64,000 nt of DNA from Candidatus Adlerbacteria bacterium (GCA_027451965.1 DAIDHJ010000001.1:356799-420798), one strand, 5' to 3'. Shown: positions 53,560 through 63,184, counted from the stretch's first letter. Notes: generated by a model from the sequence alone, not told the origin. Numbers and translations are program-made.

Positions 53560-54687
53560 ATGAAGATTCTTTTCACCGGCGGCGGCACAGGAGGCCACTT
53601 TTATCCCATCATTGCGGTCGCAGAAGCCATCGAGGATCTTGTCCGCTCGCAGAAGCTCATTGACCCGCAGCTCTACTACGCCGCTCCCGATCCGTATGAC
53701 CGGGAGATGCTCGCGGCGCACAACATTACGTTCGTGCGCATCAACGCGGGAAAAGTCCGCCGCTACTTCTCGCTCCTTAATATTGTCGATCTCGTAAAGA
53801 CCGGGTGGGGGATTGTCCGCTCTCTCATGACTATTTTCTTCATCTATCCGGATGTGGTATTCAGCAAGGGAGGGTATGCGAGCTTTCCTACGCTCCTGGC
53901 AGCGCGCCTGTTTGATATTCCGGTCATCATCCACGAGAGCGATGCGGTGCCTGGCCGCGTAAGCCTCTGGTCGGGCAAATTTGCCCGGCGCATTGCGGTC
54001 TCTTATCCGGAAGCGGCTTCCTTTTTCCCTAAAGAAAAAGTCGCCTACACCGGCAATCCCGTGCGCAAATCAAGCCGCTTGCCTGCCAAAGAAGGCGCAT
54101 TCGAATTCTTGAAACTCCATCCCACCCTGCCGGTCCTTCTCGTCTTAGGAGGTTCCCAAGGAGCGGTAGCGCTCAATGAAGCGATACTCTCGGCACTTCC
54201 GCAGCTCGTCGAGTCCTACCAGATCATCCATCAGACCGGTACTGCAAATATTGCGGACGTGGAAGGAAGAGCGCGGATCATTCTCGGAAACACCGAGTAC
54301 GCCGACCGCTACAAACCGTTCGCATACCTCAACGATCTTGCACTGCGCATGAGTGCGGGCGTCGCCTCCTTGGTCATTTCGCGCGCCGGTTCGACTATTT
54401 TTGAAATCGCCCTGTGGGGCACTCCTTCTATCATCATCCCGCTTCCCGGAGCAGCGGAAGATCATCAGACCAAGAATGCGTTTTCATACGCCCGGGCAGG
54501 AGCGTGCTCGGTCATCGAACAGAATAATCTCACACCGACCGTGCTACGATCGGAAATAGAGCGCATCCTCGGCAACAAGGAGCTCACGCATCATATGAGC
54601 GAAGCGGCAAAAAAATTCGGCAGAAGCGATGCGGCAGAGCTTATTGCCTCGGCGCTCGTCGAAGTCGGCCTATCCCATGAATCCTGA
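53560..54687 (+). CDS. murG: UDP-GlcNAc:undecaprenyl-PP-MurNAc-pentapeptide GlcNAc transferase
   Basis: KILFTGGGTGGHFYPIIAVAEAI N-terminal G-loop, GT-B fold. Confidence 0.93.
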   Translation: MKILFTGGGTGGHFYPIIAVAEAIEDLVRSQKLIDPQLYYAAPDPYDREMLAAHNITFVRINAGKVRRYFSLLNIVDLVKTGWGIVRSLMTIFFIYPDVVFSKGGYASFPTLLAARLFDIPVIIHESDAVPGRVSLWSGKFARRIAVSYPEAASFFPKEKVAYTGNPVRKSSRLPAKEGAFEFLKLHPTLPVLLVLGGSQGAVALNEAILSALPQLVESYQIIHQTGTANIADVEGRARIILGNTEYADRYKPFAYLNDLALRMSAGVASLVISRAGSTIFEIALWGTPSIIIPLPGAAEDHQTKNAFSYARAGACSVIEQNNLTPTVLRSEIERILGNKELTHHMSEAAKKFGRSDAAELIASALVEVGLSHES

Positions 54688-56011
54688 CACCATTATCACG
54701 CGTTTTGCTCCCAGTCCTACCGGATTCTTGCATGCGGGCAACTACCGCACCGCCATTTTTGCCTACCTGTGCGCCAAACGCTCTCCCCGGGGCATTTTCA
54801 TCCTGCGCATTGAGGATACGGACAAGGAACGCTCCAAAAAAGAGTACGAAGACAACATTATCGAAACGCTCGCCTGGTTGGGCATCACTCCCGATCAGAC
54901 GTTCCGCCAGAGCGAGCACAGCGGCCGGCATCGGGAACTGCTTGAGAAGCTCATTGCAGAAGGCCATGCCTACCGTTCTGCGGAAACGCCGACCGAAGAA
55001 AATCGCCGCAGCGAAGTCATTCGCTTTCGCAATCCCAATATCCCTGTCACTTTTACCGACGTCATACGCGGCCCTATCACGATGGATACTACCGACCTGG
55101 GTGATTTTGTGATCGCACGCAGTATCGATGAACCGGTATTTCATTTTGCAGTTGTCGTCGATGATGCTGATGAGGGAATCTCCCACGTCATACGCGGAGA
55201 AGATCACATCTCCAATACGCCGCGCCAGATTCTCATCCAGCGAGCTCTTGGTGTGCCCACGCCCGTATATGCGCACTTGCCGCTCGTATTCGGTCCCGAC
55301 CGGACAAAACTCTCCAAACGCCGGGGTGCAAAAGCGCTCACCGAGTACCGGGACTTGGGTTATCTTCCCGAAGCGCTCATCAATTATCTGGCACTCCTCG
55401 GTTGGCACCCGGAAAACAATCAGGAACTCTTTTCACTGGAAGAACTGCTTCGGGTATTCAACCTTTCCCGCATTCAAAAATCTTCAGGCATTTTCGACGA
55501 AACAAAACTCCTATGGTACAACGCGGAGCACCTCAAACGGCTCTCATCTGAAGCGTTTGAGGCTGTCCTGCGCGACTATCTACAGCGAGAGGGAAGCTCG
55601 GTGCCCGAGTATCTCGAGAAAATCATACCGCTTCTGCAGGAGCGCTCCACCACGCTCAAGGAAGCCGCAGACGCACTCGGGAATGGAGAGTTCTCTTTCT
55701 TTAGAGAAGCACCGATCACGCCGGAGCTCCTGATCAAGGGAGCAAAGACGGACGCAGAAACGGCGAAGCGGCATCTCGTTCACCTTGAAACACTGCTTAT
55801 CGATATTCCGGAATCAGCATGGGATGCGGGATTCTTGAAAGAGCAGCTCTTTGGGTATGCAGATCAAGAGGGAAGAGGGGTAGTCCTCTGGCCCTTGCGC
55901 ACCGCGCTCTCCGGCAAAGAAAAATCGCCCGACCCTTTTACTCTGCTTGCACTGCTGGGAAAACAGGAGTCGCTTGCCCGTATTGGAAAAGCGATTACAG
56001 CTTTAGTTTGA
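54677..56011 (+). CDS. gltX: glutamate--tRNA ligase
   Basis: RFAPSPTGFLHAGNYRTAIF (HIGH), KLSKRRG (KMSKS-like). Confidence 0.92.
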   Translation: MNPDTIITRFAPSPTGFLHAGNYRTAIFAYLCAKRSPRGIFILRIEDTDKERSKKEYEDNIIETLAWLGITPDQTFRQSEHSGRHRELLEKLIAEGHAYRSAETPTEENRRSEVIRFRNPNIPVTFTDVIRGPITMDTTDLGDFVIARSIDEPVFHFAVVVDDADEGISHVIRGEDHISNTPRQILIQRALGVPTPVYAHLPLVFGPDRTKLSKRRGAKALTEYRDLGYLPEALINYLALLGWHPENNQELFSLEELLRVFNLSRIQKSSGIFDETKLLWYNAEHLKRLSSEAFEAVLRDYLQREGSSVPEYLEKIIPLLQERSTTLKEAADALGNGEFSFFREAPITPELLIKGAKTDAETAKRHLVHLETLLIDIPESAWDAGFLKEQLFGYADQEGRGVVLWPLRTALSGKEKSPDPFTLLALLGKQESLARIGKAITALV

Positions 56012-56143
56012 GCCACGAATCGGTATTTTCTCCTTTTTTATCAACATAGTTTTCTTTTTTTCCTTCTCTGAACAGCTCATACTGAAGAAGCGGGTTGGTC
56101 GAGCCGCACGACTCAAATTTCGGTACAACTCTCTCATCATTCT

Positions 56144-56353
56144 ATGAAAGCTATTCATATGATCGCACACGTGCTCCTTATCATCGGCGGCCTCAACTGG
56201 GGACTCGTTGGTCTCGGCGGTTTCGCCGGAGCAGATTGGAACGTAGTGCATCTTATCTTCGGAAGCATGCCACAACTTGAATGGATCATTTACATTCTCG
56301 TAGGCATCTCTGCAGTTATCTGCATCTTCCACAAGCACAAGCAGACTGCATAA
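56144..56353 (+). CDS. DUF378-family small membrane protein
   Basis: LLIIGGLNWGLVGL...NVVHLIFG signature of DUF378. 69 aa. Confidence 0.7.
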   Translation: MKAIHMIAHVLLIIGGLNWGLVGLGGFAGADWNVVHLIFGSMPQLEWIIYILVGISAVICIFHKHKQTA

Positions 56354-56374
56354 CCTGCAGGCTCTGTGTAAAAG

Positions 56375-56405
56375 AAAACTCCCTTAGTGGGAGTTTTCTT
56401 TTTTG
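56375..56405. terminator. bidirectional intrinsic terminator AAAACTCCC-TTAGT-GGGAGTTTTCTTTTTTG
   Basis: 9-bp stem flanked by an A-run and a T-run. Lies between convergent genes. Confidence 0.7.
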
Positions 56406-57061
56406 TGCGTATGCATGGTATATGGAATTCGTTTCTTCCCGTTCCATTCCACCAGCTCCATCGCTTTGCGCTCAATGGGAAGCCCTCTGCGCAAACGGCG
56501 CATCGCTGCCTTGGGAGCAATGGGATAGTGGCGCGCGTCATCAAGATCTTCCGCGATCCATTCAAGTTCCTCTTCTGCAATAATCCACTGCGGGTCATAT
56601 CGGCGCAGATCGAACGCTCCGGAATACGCGAGAAGCGATTTCTTCCCGTTCCAGAGCAGATACTCGTGGAAATATGACATAGCGAGTTCCCGTATCGATT
56701 TGTATACCGGATCGCGCCAGCGCAGTATCGCATGATTCGTTTTACTGATGGCGCCCCACAATCCGTCCTGCTTGAAGATCGCGACGACGTGATCCTCATC
56801 TATCGGCAGCGTTCGAAAATCCATAAGAAGCGGGGGGTAGCCATGGTAGGCGAGGGAAGCGGCAGCGAACAGTGCTCCTTCCAGGCAATGAGCTTTCTTT
56901 TCTCGCAGCACTCTTCGCGGCGAGAGTACTCCTTCCTTCGTCTCTTCAAAATTAATAGGGAGAGTGTCTAAAAAATCTTGTATCTTTTGCGGAGTACGCA
57001 GTGACTGAAATACCTTCCGTTCCTGAGAGGAAAGAAGAGGTTTGAAGCGGTCGGCATACAT
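56384..57061 (-). CDS. hypothetical protein; possible Cys/His hydrolase fold (AHCLEGA...DEDHVV)
   Basis: ORF plus a TATAAT and G-rich RBS upstream on the minus strand. Catalytic assignment is speculative. Confidence 0.4.
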   Translation of the reverse strand: MYADRFKPLLSSQERKVFQSLRTPQKIQDFLDTLPINFEETKEGVLSPRRVLREKKAHCLEGALFAAASLAYHGYPPLLMDFRTLPIDEDHVVAIFKQDGLWGAISKTNHAILRWRDPVYKSIRELAMSYFHEYLLWNGKKSLLAYSGAFDLRRYDPQWIIAEEELEWIAEDLDDARHYPIAPKAAMRRLRRGLPIERKAMELVEWNGKKRIPYTMHTHKKENSH

Positions 57062-57497
57062 AACCCTTCCATTATACGGCTCATCGAGGATTTGGATAAA
57101 AAAAGACCCTCAATCTTTTTAGGGAGAGAGGGTCAGGGACTCACGCTTCTGGAGGATTGAATGGCGTCCGGGGCGTAGTGCGCTACGACTTCGCTCCCGG
57201 ACAAGTAGAGTATATCATGTGTCTTCTTATGAAAGGAAAAGGATCTGAAACCTCCTGGGAACAAGCTTCAGATCCTCGTCTCATGCTAAGTGCATGGACA
57301 TTGATTACCATAGCATTTTCTATATAAAAAGTTTACCGAATTTTGAGAAAGGGGGTAAATTTATTACAAATCCTTACTTGTTTGATTACATAAGCATTGC
57401 ACAACCCTCGTTTAAGGGATAAAAGAAGTCGAAAAACTTGTCGAAATAAATGATGTGGTGCAATTTATACTAGTGATATAGGATTATTAATAAATAG

Positions 57498-58196
57498 ATG
57501 ATCCCCAAATTACGCAGTCTCTATGATTGGATATTAGTTGCAATAGCGAACTTAGTTTTTTTATTTGTAATTTATCATTGGTTACAGCCTGGAAAATCTT
57601 TCCCTGATTTAAGTAACTGGTCATATATAGCTCAAATAATAACAGCGATTGGCGTAGTTGGAATTTTATATACTGCAGCCGCATATAAATATCAAATTAA
57701 AAGAGATAATGATACATCTGCTATTGCTCAAATAGAGTTTTTTAGAGAAAAAATAATTCCAAAAACTAATGATCTAATCGATATAATCCAAAAAATTAAT
57801 CCTTTATATTCTTTTCCTAGACCTAATTGTTCTCTTAAAGAATTTACTATAACTTTTTGGTGGAAAAATTTTCCAGATATATCTAAAATTCAAGCTGATA
57901 TATCAAAAAATAATAAAGTTTATGAAGTCCAAATTGATTTATTAAATATACTAGAAGATTTTTCTTTAAAGGTTTTATATATAGGTACGGTTAAACATGA
58001 AGCCCTTAAATCTATTCAAGGATTATTTATAAAAAACGTTGAACAAAATCTTTCGAGTATTTTTGCAATGGAGCTTTCAACTGGTGCTATATACCCAGGC
58101 ACCAGAAAACTCTATGAATATTGGAAAAACCTTGTTGATAGAAGGAGTCGCTCAGAAAGAGCACATGACCTAGGGATGACTCTCCCTAGTGTCTAA
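57498..58196 (+). CDS. hypothetical membrane protein in AT-rich island
   Basis: Two N-terminal TM helices. Low-GC codon usage distinct from neighbours. Confidence 0.4.
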   Translation: MIPKLRSLYDWILVAIANLVFLFVIYHWLQPGKSFPDLSNWSYIAQIITAIGVVGILYTAAAYKYQIKRDNDTSAIAQIEFFREKIIPKTNDLIDIIQKINPLYSFPRPNCSLKEFTITFWWKNFPDISKIQADISKNNKVYEVQIDLLNILEDFSLKVLYIGTVKHEALKSIQGLFIKNVEQNLSSIFAMELSTGAIYPGTRKLYEYWKNLVDRRSRSERAHDLGMTLPSV

Positions 58197-58426
58197 CCCC
58201 TCTTGGCGAGCTCTCTCCAGTATTTTTTTACCAATATTAGAATCTCTTCCGAAGAGATCCATGGCTGCATTAAAGCTATCCTGGTCTAACATGTTTATAT
58301 TTCTATTCTATATCCTTAATATATTAATATACAAGTATACTCTTGGGATTGTGAAAATTAAGGAAATTTAAACAGAGAAATCAGTTCTTTATACAGGAAG
58401 GGAAGTAGGATAGAGTAGAGGGGTGT

Positions 58427-58888
58427 ATGGAATTAAAAATAGCCATAGTCGCAGCAATTTTTTCTTTTTTAGGATCTATAGGAGGAGGGTATTTGGTTTG
58501 GTTTCTAAGTGCTGAGAATGAAAGATATTTAAAACTTTACGGTCCTCTGAAATTTAATTTAGAAATGATGAAACTTATTACTCAAAATAGAGATGATGTA
58601 ATTACAGATATCAAAAAATGGGAAAATCCTCAAAATCAAATAGATTTAATAAAAAAACATATAAACCCACTAGTAAAAAAATGGATAGAACACAAAGATA
58701 ATGTAAGAAATCTTTTTGAAAAATATCCTGGTTTAATACGAAAGAAAGACTTTAAAAAGGTTTCTGATTTTATGGATGGATGTATTAAAAGAGAAATTAC
58801 AGAAGATTTACAGAATTTTCTCGCCCTAGAGGAAGAAAGGGTTGATAAGCTTTTAAGAATAGTTACCCTACTTCAAGAAAAAATATAG
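58427..58888 (+). CDS. hypothetical protein with N-terminal TM helix (AT-rich island)
   Basis: GAGGGG RBS-like run before ATG. Lys/Glu-rich helical body. Confidence 0.4.
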   Translation: MELKIAIVAAIFSFLGSIGGGYLVWFLSAENERYLKLYGPLKFNLEMMKLITQNRDDVITDIKKWENPQNQIDLIKKHINPLVKKWIEHKDNVRNLFEKYPGLIRKKDFKKVSDFMDGCIKREITEDLQNFLALEEERVDKLLRIVTLLQEKI

Positions 58889-59604
58889 ATTACTCTTTAT
58901 ACCCTAAATTCTTTTTAGTAATTTCATACCATTTCCTAATAAACCATCCTTTGAACCAGTTTGCAGGATAAAAATAAAAAGGTTTATTAGAAACATTTTT
59001 TACATATACATAATAAATATGATTAGATTCCGCTTTGAGAGCTTCAATTAAAAGTGTATTGAATGAAGAATCATTAAAACCACTAAATAGGGGAGAGTAG
59101 ATCTACCTCCTAATCGTACCTCAGCTTCTTCTCCCCTGGCCCTTTGTTAAGGGAAGAGAACGTTAAGCATTGCATGGGCGAACTTATTTTTTTTCTTGTG
59201 CATGAATGTATAAGGGTATTTAGGCGGATATAGTTTTGTGACCAAGGATGAAAGAGGAAGGATGTTAAACGGCGTTATGGTGCACAGCTTGTCGAGTATA
59301 TATACGTCGCACAATCCTTCTTTTGCGACGTATATATAATAAATAATAAAGGGATTTCAAACAAGACTTATAAACCAACAAAACAATAAGCCTTGTTACT
59401 ATTCCTATTCTAAAAGATCAGTATGTTACTTCTCTTTTGTGAATAAAGTATTTCCTTTTTAGAACTCTCTTCAGCGGTATACTGGACAATTTTTTGCAAT
59501 CAAATTTCAATAACTTCTTACTTACAATTATCAGATACAGGGTTTCAGCCTCATTAAAAATTTCTCCATAAAAAGGGAATTGGCTTCCCTTTTAATTCCC
59601 TTTT

Positions 59605-59760
59605 TTATTTAAATGCAAACGCCATCAGTATAATGGTCAGCGCATTAAGTACTACCAATACTGTAACCATTTGCCCTTTAGATGCAAGTGGGTGCATCAA
59701 TATATAAATTGTATAGATGATAGCTACGATTGCTGCGCCAATAAAATTTCCTCGTATCAT
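59605..59760 (-). CDS. possible 51-aa two-helix membrane peptide
   Basis: ORF below track cutoff, found by reading the reverse complement. Followed on the minus strand by an AAGGGAATT/AATTCCCTT hairpin plus T-run. No clear SD. Confidence 0.3.
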   Translation of the reverse strand: MIRGNFIGAAIVAIIYTIYILMHPLASKGQMVTVLVVLNALTIILMAFAFK

Positions 59761-59834
59761 AGATTTATAAGGTTAAGACCTTAATATATTTCTATTGTAC
59801 TATCTTTTTTATATAAAAAAGAAAAAGGCTCTGG

Positions 59835-60140
59835 TTATTTACCAGAGCCTTTGATGAGACTGATGACAATGTAATCCTGTCTCTCGCCGCAGTAGATGGA
59901 AAACGTGTGCTTCGGCATGAATGCCGAGGAAATGTTTGTGATTGACCGTTCACCGGGGTGATTCTTGTAGCTGCATTCGATGATGAGATCGCCTTTGATT
60001 TCTTGCGGGTTTATGGAAACAGTGTCACCGAATTCCATGGTAATGGTGGTGCCGTAGACTGGATCAACTTGCATCGTTGCGGCATTGCTGATGCCGCACG
60101 AAACCAGAACCACGAGAATTACTAAAACTGCCTTGTACAC
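59835..60140 (-). CDS. small secreted lipoprotein (lipobox LVSC)
   Basis: AGGAGG then 6 nt then GTG start (ORF-track TTG start lies inside the RBS). Signal peptide. Consensus promoter upstream and hairpin terminator downstream on the minus strand. Confidence 0.55.
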   Translation of the reverse strand: MYKAVLVILVVLVSCGISNAATMQVDPVYGTTITMEFGDTVSINPQEIKGDLIIECSYKNHPGERSITNISSAFMPKHTFSIYCGERQDYIVISLIKGSGK

Positions 60141-60171
60141 TATGTTCCTCCTCAAAGAACTGTTAATTAAT

Positions 60172-60200
60172 AGTATATAATATTAATATATACTTGTCAA
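60172..60200 (-). promoter_or_regulatory. sigma70-like promoter on minus strand: TTGACA-17 nt-TATACT
   Basis: Reverse complement of 60172-60200 gives a consensus -35 and good -10 about 25 nt upstream of the lipoprotein RBS. Confidence 0.55.
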
Positions 60201-60468
60201 GTATCTGACGGACGGAGGATCTGATCCTTTTCGCACTTTTGAGACCTTAGATTATGCTCCTGCTATCTCGCAGTAAGATGGATTTACAATAAAATAAAAT
60301 GTGGTATTTTGTCATCGGGACAGAACCGGTACCTACTAAGCACCGTCAGTTGCTTAGACTAGACCGAGTTTCATCCAAGAGCTCGCAAATGACTGCTTGA
60401 GCTTCGGAAGCCTCTGGGACCCACACCTGCCCAGAGGCTCTCTGTTTTTAATCCTTTCGTCCCCTATC

Positions 60469-60498
60469 TTGACTTCCCTTTCAAGCAAGTAGTATAAT
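60469..60498 (+). promoter_or_regulatory. sigma70 consensus promoter TTGACT-18 nt-TATAAT
   Basis: Read directly from sequence. No ORF follows within about 250 nt. Confidence 0.6.
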
Positions 60499-60653
60499 AT
60501 AATTCTGCGATGCTCAGTCGTAGAGAACAGGCTCTGGGTTTGGTTGACCACCTTTTCCCAGGGCCTTCTATTTTTCCAAAAACCAGCTATAGTGACAATG
60601 GATCACATTGATCCTCCATGAAGACTAGTTCCATCTCTCACGGATGAGCCCGG

Positions 60654-60693
60654 GCCTCGAGTAACACATGTTACTTGAGGCCTTTTACTTTTC
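60654..60693 (+). terminator. intrinsic terminator/attenuator GGCCTCGAGTAACA-CATG-TTACTTGAGGCC + TTTTACTTTT
   Basis: 12-bp stem plus T-rich tail. Lies about 150 nt downstream of the consensus promoter and 60 nt upstream of a small ORF's RBS. Confidence 0.55.
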
Positions 60694-60754
60694 ACTGTAC
60701 AACCATACCTCTATTTGTTATCTTCCATATCGGAGGATTAGTACATGCAAAAAC

Positions 60755-60880
60755 GATGGTTAGCTATTGCTGCAGTTGGCGTGATCGCCATCGGAGTGGG
60801 AACCCACTTCGCCCGGACGATCGCGTCCAGCAAACCTCCCAAGGAAGGAGAATCGCAACCTGCATCATAAGCTGATCAAC
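60755..60880 (+). CDS. 41-aa membrane peptide (MQKRWLAIAAVGVIAIGVGTHFARTIASSKPPKEGESQPAS)
   Basis: GGAGGA 7 nt before ATG. Single TM helix. Hairpin terminator (AAAGCCCTG...CAGGGCTTT) follows. Confidence 0.45.
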
Positions 60881-61170
60881 TGACACCAAAGCCCTGGATC
60901 AACCTGATTCAGGGCTTTCTCTTGTTTGTACCAAAACTGGTAACTATACAATTAATAAAAAACATTGTATAATTGCTCCAGAAAGCATTGGGAAAAACCC
61001 AGAAAGGAAATAAGGTGCATAGGTTCATAGAGGCTGGCACGCTGGTCATAGTTGCCATGAGCACTCTCTTGTATCGTCGACACATCATCAGACGTGCAAA
61101 GGCAAGAGAACATCAGAATGAATCACGTTGCCCGTATAAAGTAGAACCCAAAACATGAACGGAGGCTATT

Positions 61171-61413
61171 ATGGTACCGTTTCTCATTGGAGTGGTGATT
61201 ACTCTTTTGGTCCTGTGGGATGCAATGCATACCCACCTGCTCAAGAGTATAGGCATACTCTTCCTGGTAGTCTGCTTTCTGAGTTATCTCACTCTTTATC
61301 CTCGATCGGAAGCTTTTGCTTATCTCTGCGGAGGTATTGCACTTGGATTGATCATCGGGTTCATCAGTTGGCTTATCTTCAAGAGGATGGGTATTACTTC
61401 TGAGCACAATTAA
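61171..61413 (+). CDS. small two-TM membrane protein, paralog family member (CGG...WLIF motif)
   Basis: GGAGG RBS. Own terminator at 61425-61455 (AGCCCGC-loop-GCGGGCTTTTTATT). Confidence 0.55.
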   Translation: MVPFLIGVVITLLVLWDAMHTHLLKSIGILFLVVCFLSYLTLYPRSEAFAYLCGGIALGLIIGFISWLIFKRMGITSEHN

Positions 61414-61505
61414 TTCTATCGATACAAGCCCGCTCAAAATGCGGGCTTTTTATTGCATGTACAAAAACAGTCGTAGTGGTAAGGTAACCCTAGAAAGGAG
61501 GTGGA

Positions 61506-61616
61506 ATGGTGGATCGATCGGTACTGTTTCTTGCCGCAATTCCGATTGCCGTAGGACTTCTCACCGTAATTCTCATTTGGAGAACCAGGAGAAAAGACAA
61601 ACAATTTCTTCTATAA
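61506..61616 (+). CDS. 36-aa single-TM peptide
   Basis: AAAGGAGGTGGA then ATG. Hydrophobic core then RTRRKDKQ. Hairpin GAGCCGCG...CGCGGCTC follows. Confidence 0.4.
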   Translation: MVDRSVLFLAAIPIAVGLLTVILIWRTRRKDKQFLL

Positions 61617-61720
61617 CACTACACGAGCCGCGTGGATTCCTTTCCCCGCGGCTCTAATAGTACTCGGTAACCATGTACTAATGAAATAATTCATGGTATT
61701 ATTTTAATAGGAGGTAGCTC

Positions 61721-62032
61721 ATGAAAACATGGCATGCCGGCACCTTGGTTGCCGCTGGAATCCTCGGGTTTCTGTTTGCAGGCTTCGGCCTCGTGGTATC
61801 CGCATTCTGGGGAGAACTATTCTTTCGTTCCTTCCCCACCCCCGAGCAGGGCGCTACGCTCGTACAGCTCAACTTTTACCTGGCGCTTGCGCTCATCGCT
61901 TCCATCATCAGTACGATCTGCGGAGGTGCATGGCTGATCTTCTCACAACCAGAATTTCGACAAACACACAAAGGAAACGAGCAAGATTCGATCAAGCTCC
62001 TCAAAGGTCGTTATGCGGTCCCCAGCAATTAG
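61721..62032 (+). CDS. small two-TM membrane protein, paralog family member (ICGGAWLIF)
   Basis: AGGAGG RBS. Terminator GGTCCCCAGC-AATT-AGCTGGGGACC + T-run immediately after stop. Confidence 0.55.
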   Translation: MKTWHAGTLVAAGILGFLFAGFGLVVSAFWGELFFRSFPTPEQGATLVQLNFYLALALIASIISTICGGAWLIFSQPEFRQTHKGNEQDSIKLLKGRYAVPSN

Positions 62033-62111
62033 CTGGGGACCCTCTTTTTGTAGCATGCATTGTAAAACATGCAAGGTTGGGTAAGATATCTCACAGAAAA
62101 GGAGTTTGTCA

Positions 62112-62408
62112 GTGCTCAATCATTGGAATATTTCAACTCTCATAGGTTCTTTCCTTATAGCGGCGGGGGTAGTTCTCATATACGCCAAGACGATACGAAC
62201 ATGGAGCTTCCGGTCGAGTGTGCAGTTTTTTTGCTTTGCCATCCCGCTCTTTCTTGTCGTCTTCTGCGGCTCTCTCCTTCTGAGCTACAACGTGACGCAT
62301 ATAAAAAAACCATTTCCTCTCATTCAACCAGCAAACCACTCCCTAGGTTTTGTACCATCAAACATTACACCCGAGAAAAGCTCGGGTGTTTTTTCTCCGT
62401 CAATCTAA
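62112..62408 (+). CDS. small membrane protein, paralog family member
   Basis: AAAAGGAG 7 nt before GTG 62112. Terminator CACCCGAG-loop-CTCGGGTG + T6 at its 3' end. Confidence 0.5.
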   Translation: MLNHWNISTLIGSFLIAAGVVLIYAKTIRTWSFRSSVQFFCFAIPLFLVVFCGSLLLSYNVTHIKKPFPLIQPANHSLGFVPSNITPEKSSGVFSPSI

Positions 62409-62782
62409 ACATCTTCATCCTCGCTTTAAACAACATCATGTACATTGTTGTAGTGCTATCCTACAGCACACTCCGGTAGGCCTTAGCGGTGCAACCTGTT
62501 AAGGCCTTATTTTTTATTATTTTTATTTAGAAGCAGACATCATGGGAAAAACAGAACCAGCAGATTATGATTCCAGTCAAGAAGAACAGCTCGATGAAAT
62601 GCGTATAGGTGGTGCTGATACTGACGGAAGTCTGACTATGGATGAGAGGGAGGCTCCGGAAGATGAAGCTCTTTCATGAACCATAAGAGTCTTCCGTGCA
62701 CACGTGCCATCTGTACAAACCCCTCTGTAGCGGTATGCTACAGGCAGTCGCCCTTTGCCTGTACGGAGGAAAAGTATAAAGG

Positions 62783-63184
62783 ATGACGTCTCTCATATTC
62801 CTGGTTCTCATACTCCTGACCTTCTGCTTCGCCCGACTCCTCAAGGAACAAGAAGCGGTCTCGGGCGCCCTCGGCGCACTCGCATTCTGCTACGGTCTGT
62901 ACCTCATGCTGGTCTTCCAGAGCAACGATCTGCTCTCCTGGGCTCTTCTCGTCGCCGGCATGATCGTCATCGGATACGCACTCAGGGAGCGCATCCGCTC
63001 CGGATACGAGATGGTCATGGGTATCCTCGGCGCACTCGTATTCTGCTACGGTCTCTACATCATACTGGACGCACACCATACCGATGCGCTCTCACTCATC
63101 GCACTCGTCGTCGGACCGCTCCTATACGGGTACTCTCTCAAGGTACTACCGTTCGGTCCATCGCCGACACCACAACGTCGGTAA
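62783..63184 (+). CDS. four-TM membrane protein made of an internal tandem duplication of the same two-TM unit (GALxFCYGLY x2)
   Basis: Two repeats ~50 aa each. Terminator GAGCCCTCG-loop-CGAGGGCTC follows. Overlapping ORFs in other frames here have no such support. Confidence 0.55.
   Translation: MTSLIFLVLILLTFCFARLLKEQEAVSGALGALAFCYGLYLMLVFQSNDLLSWALLVAGMIVIGYALRERIRSGYEMVMGILGALVFCYGLYIILDAHHTDALSLIALVVGPLLYGYSLKVLPFGPSPTPQRR

Larger units (their letters stand above)
59827..60575. repeat. three copies of a palindromic hairpin built on GGCTCTGG(G)/CC(C)AGAGCC (59827-59849, 60419-60446, 60539-60575)
   Basis: Same 8-9-nt stem sequence recurs three times within 750 nt, each followed by a T-rich run. 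Confidence 0.5.

Noticed and set aside
60354-60551. 65-aa minus-strand ORF and 66-aa plus-strand ORF (60675-60875) in the promoter/hairpin region
   Set aside because: No RBS. They run through obvious promoter and terminator hairpins. The region is better explained as noncoding plus the SD-preceded 41-aa peptide in another frame.
60973-61158. 61-aa plus-strand ORF upstream of the small-membrane-protein array
   Set aside because: No SD. It overlaps the likely promoter region of the 61171 gene and has no membrane or charged character consistent with its neighbours. Left uncalled.
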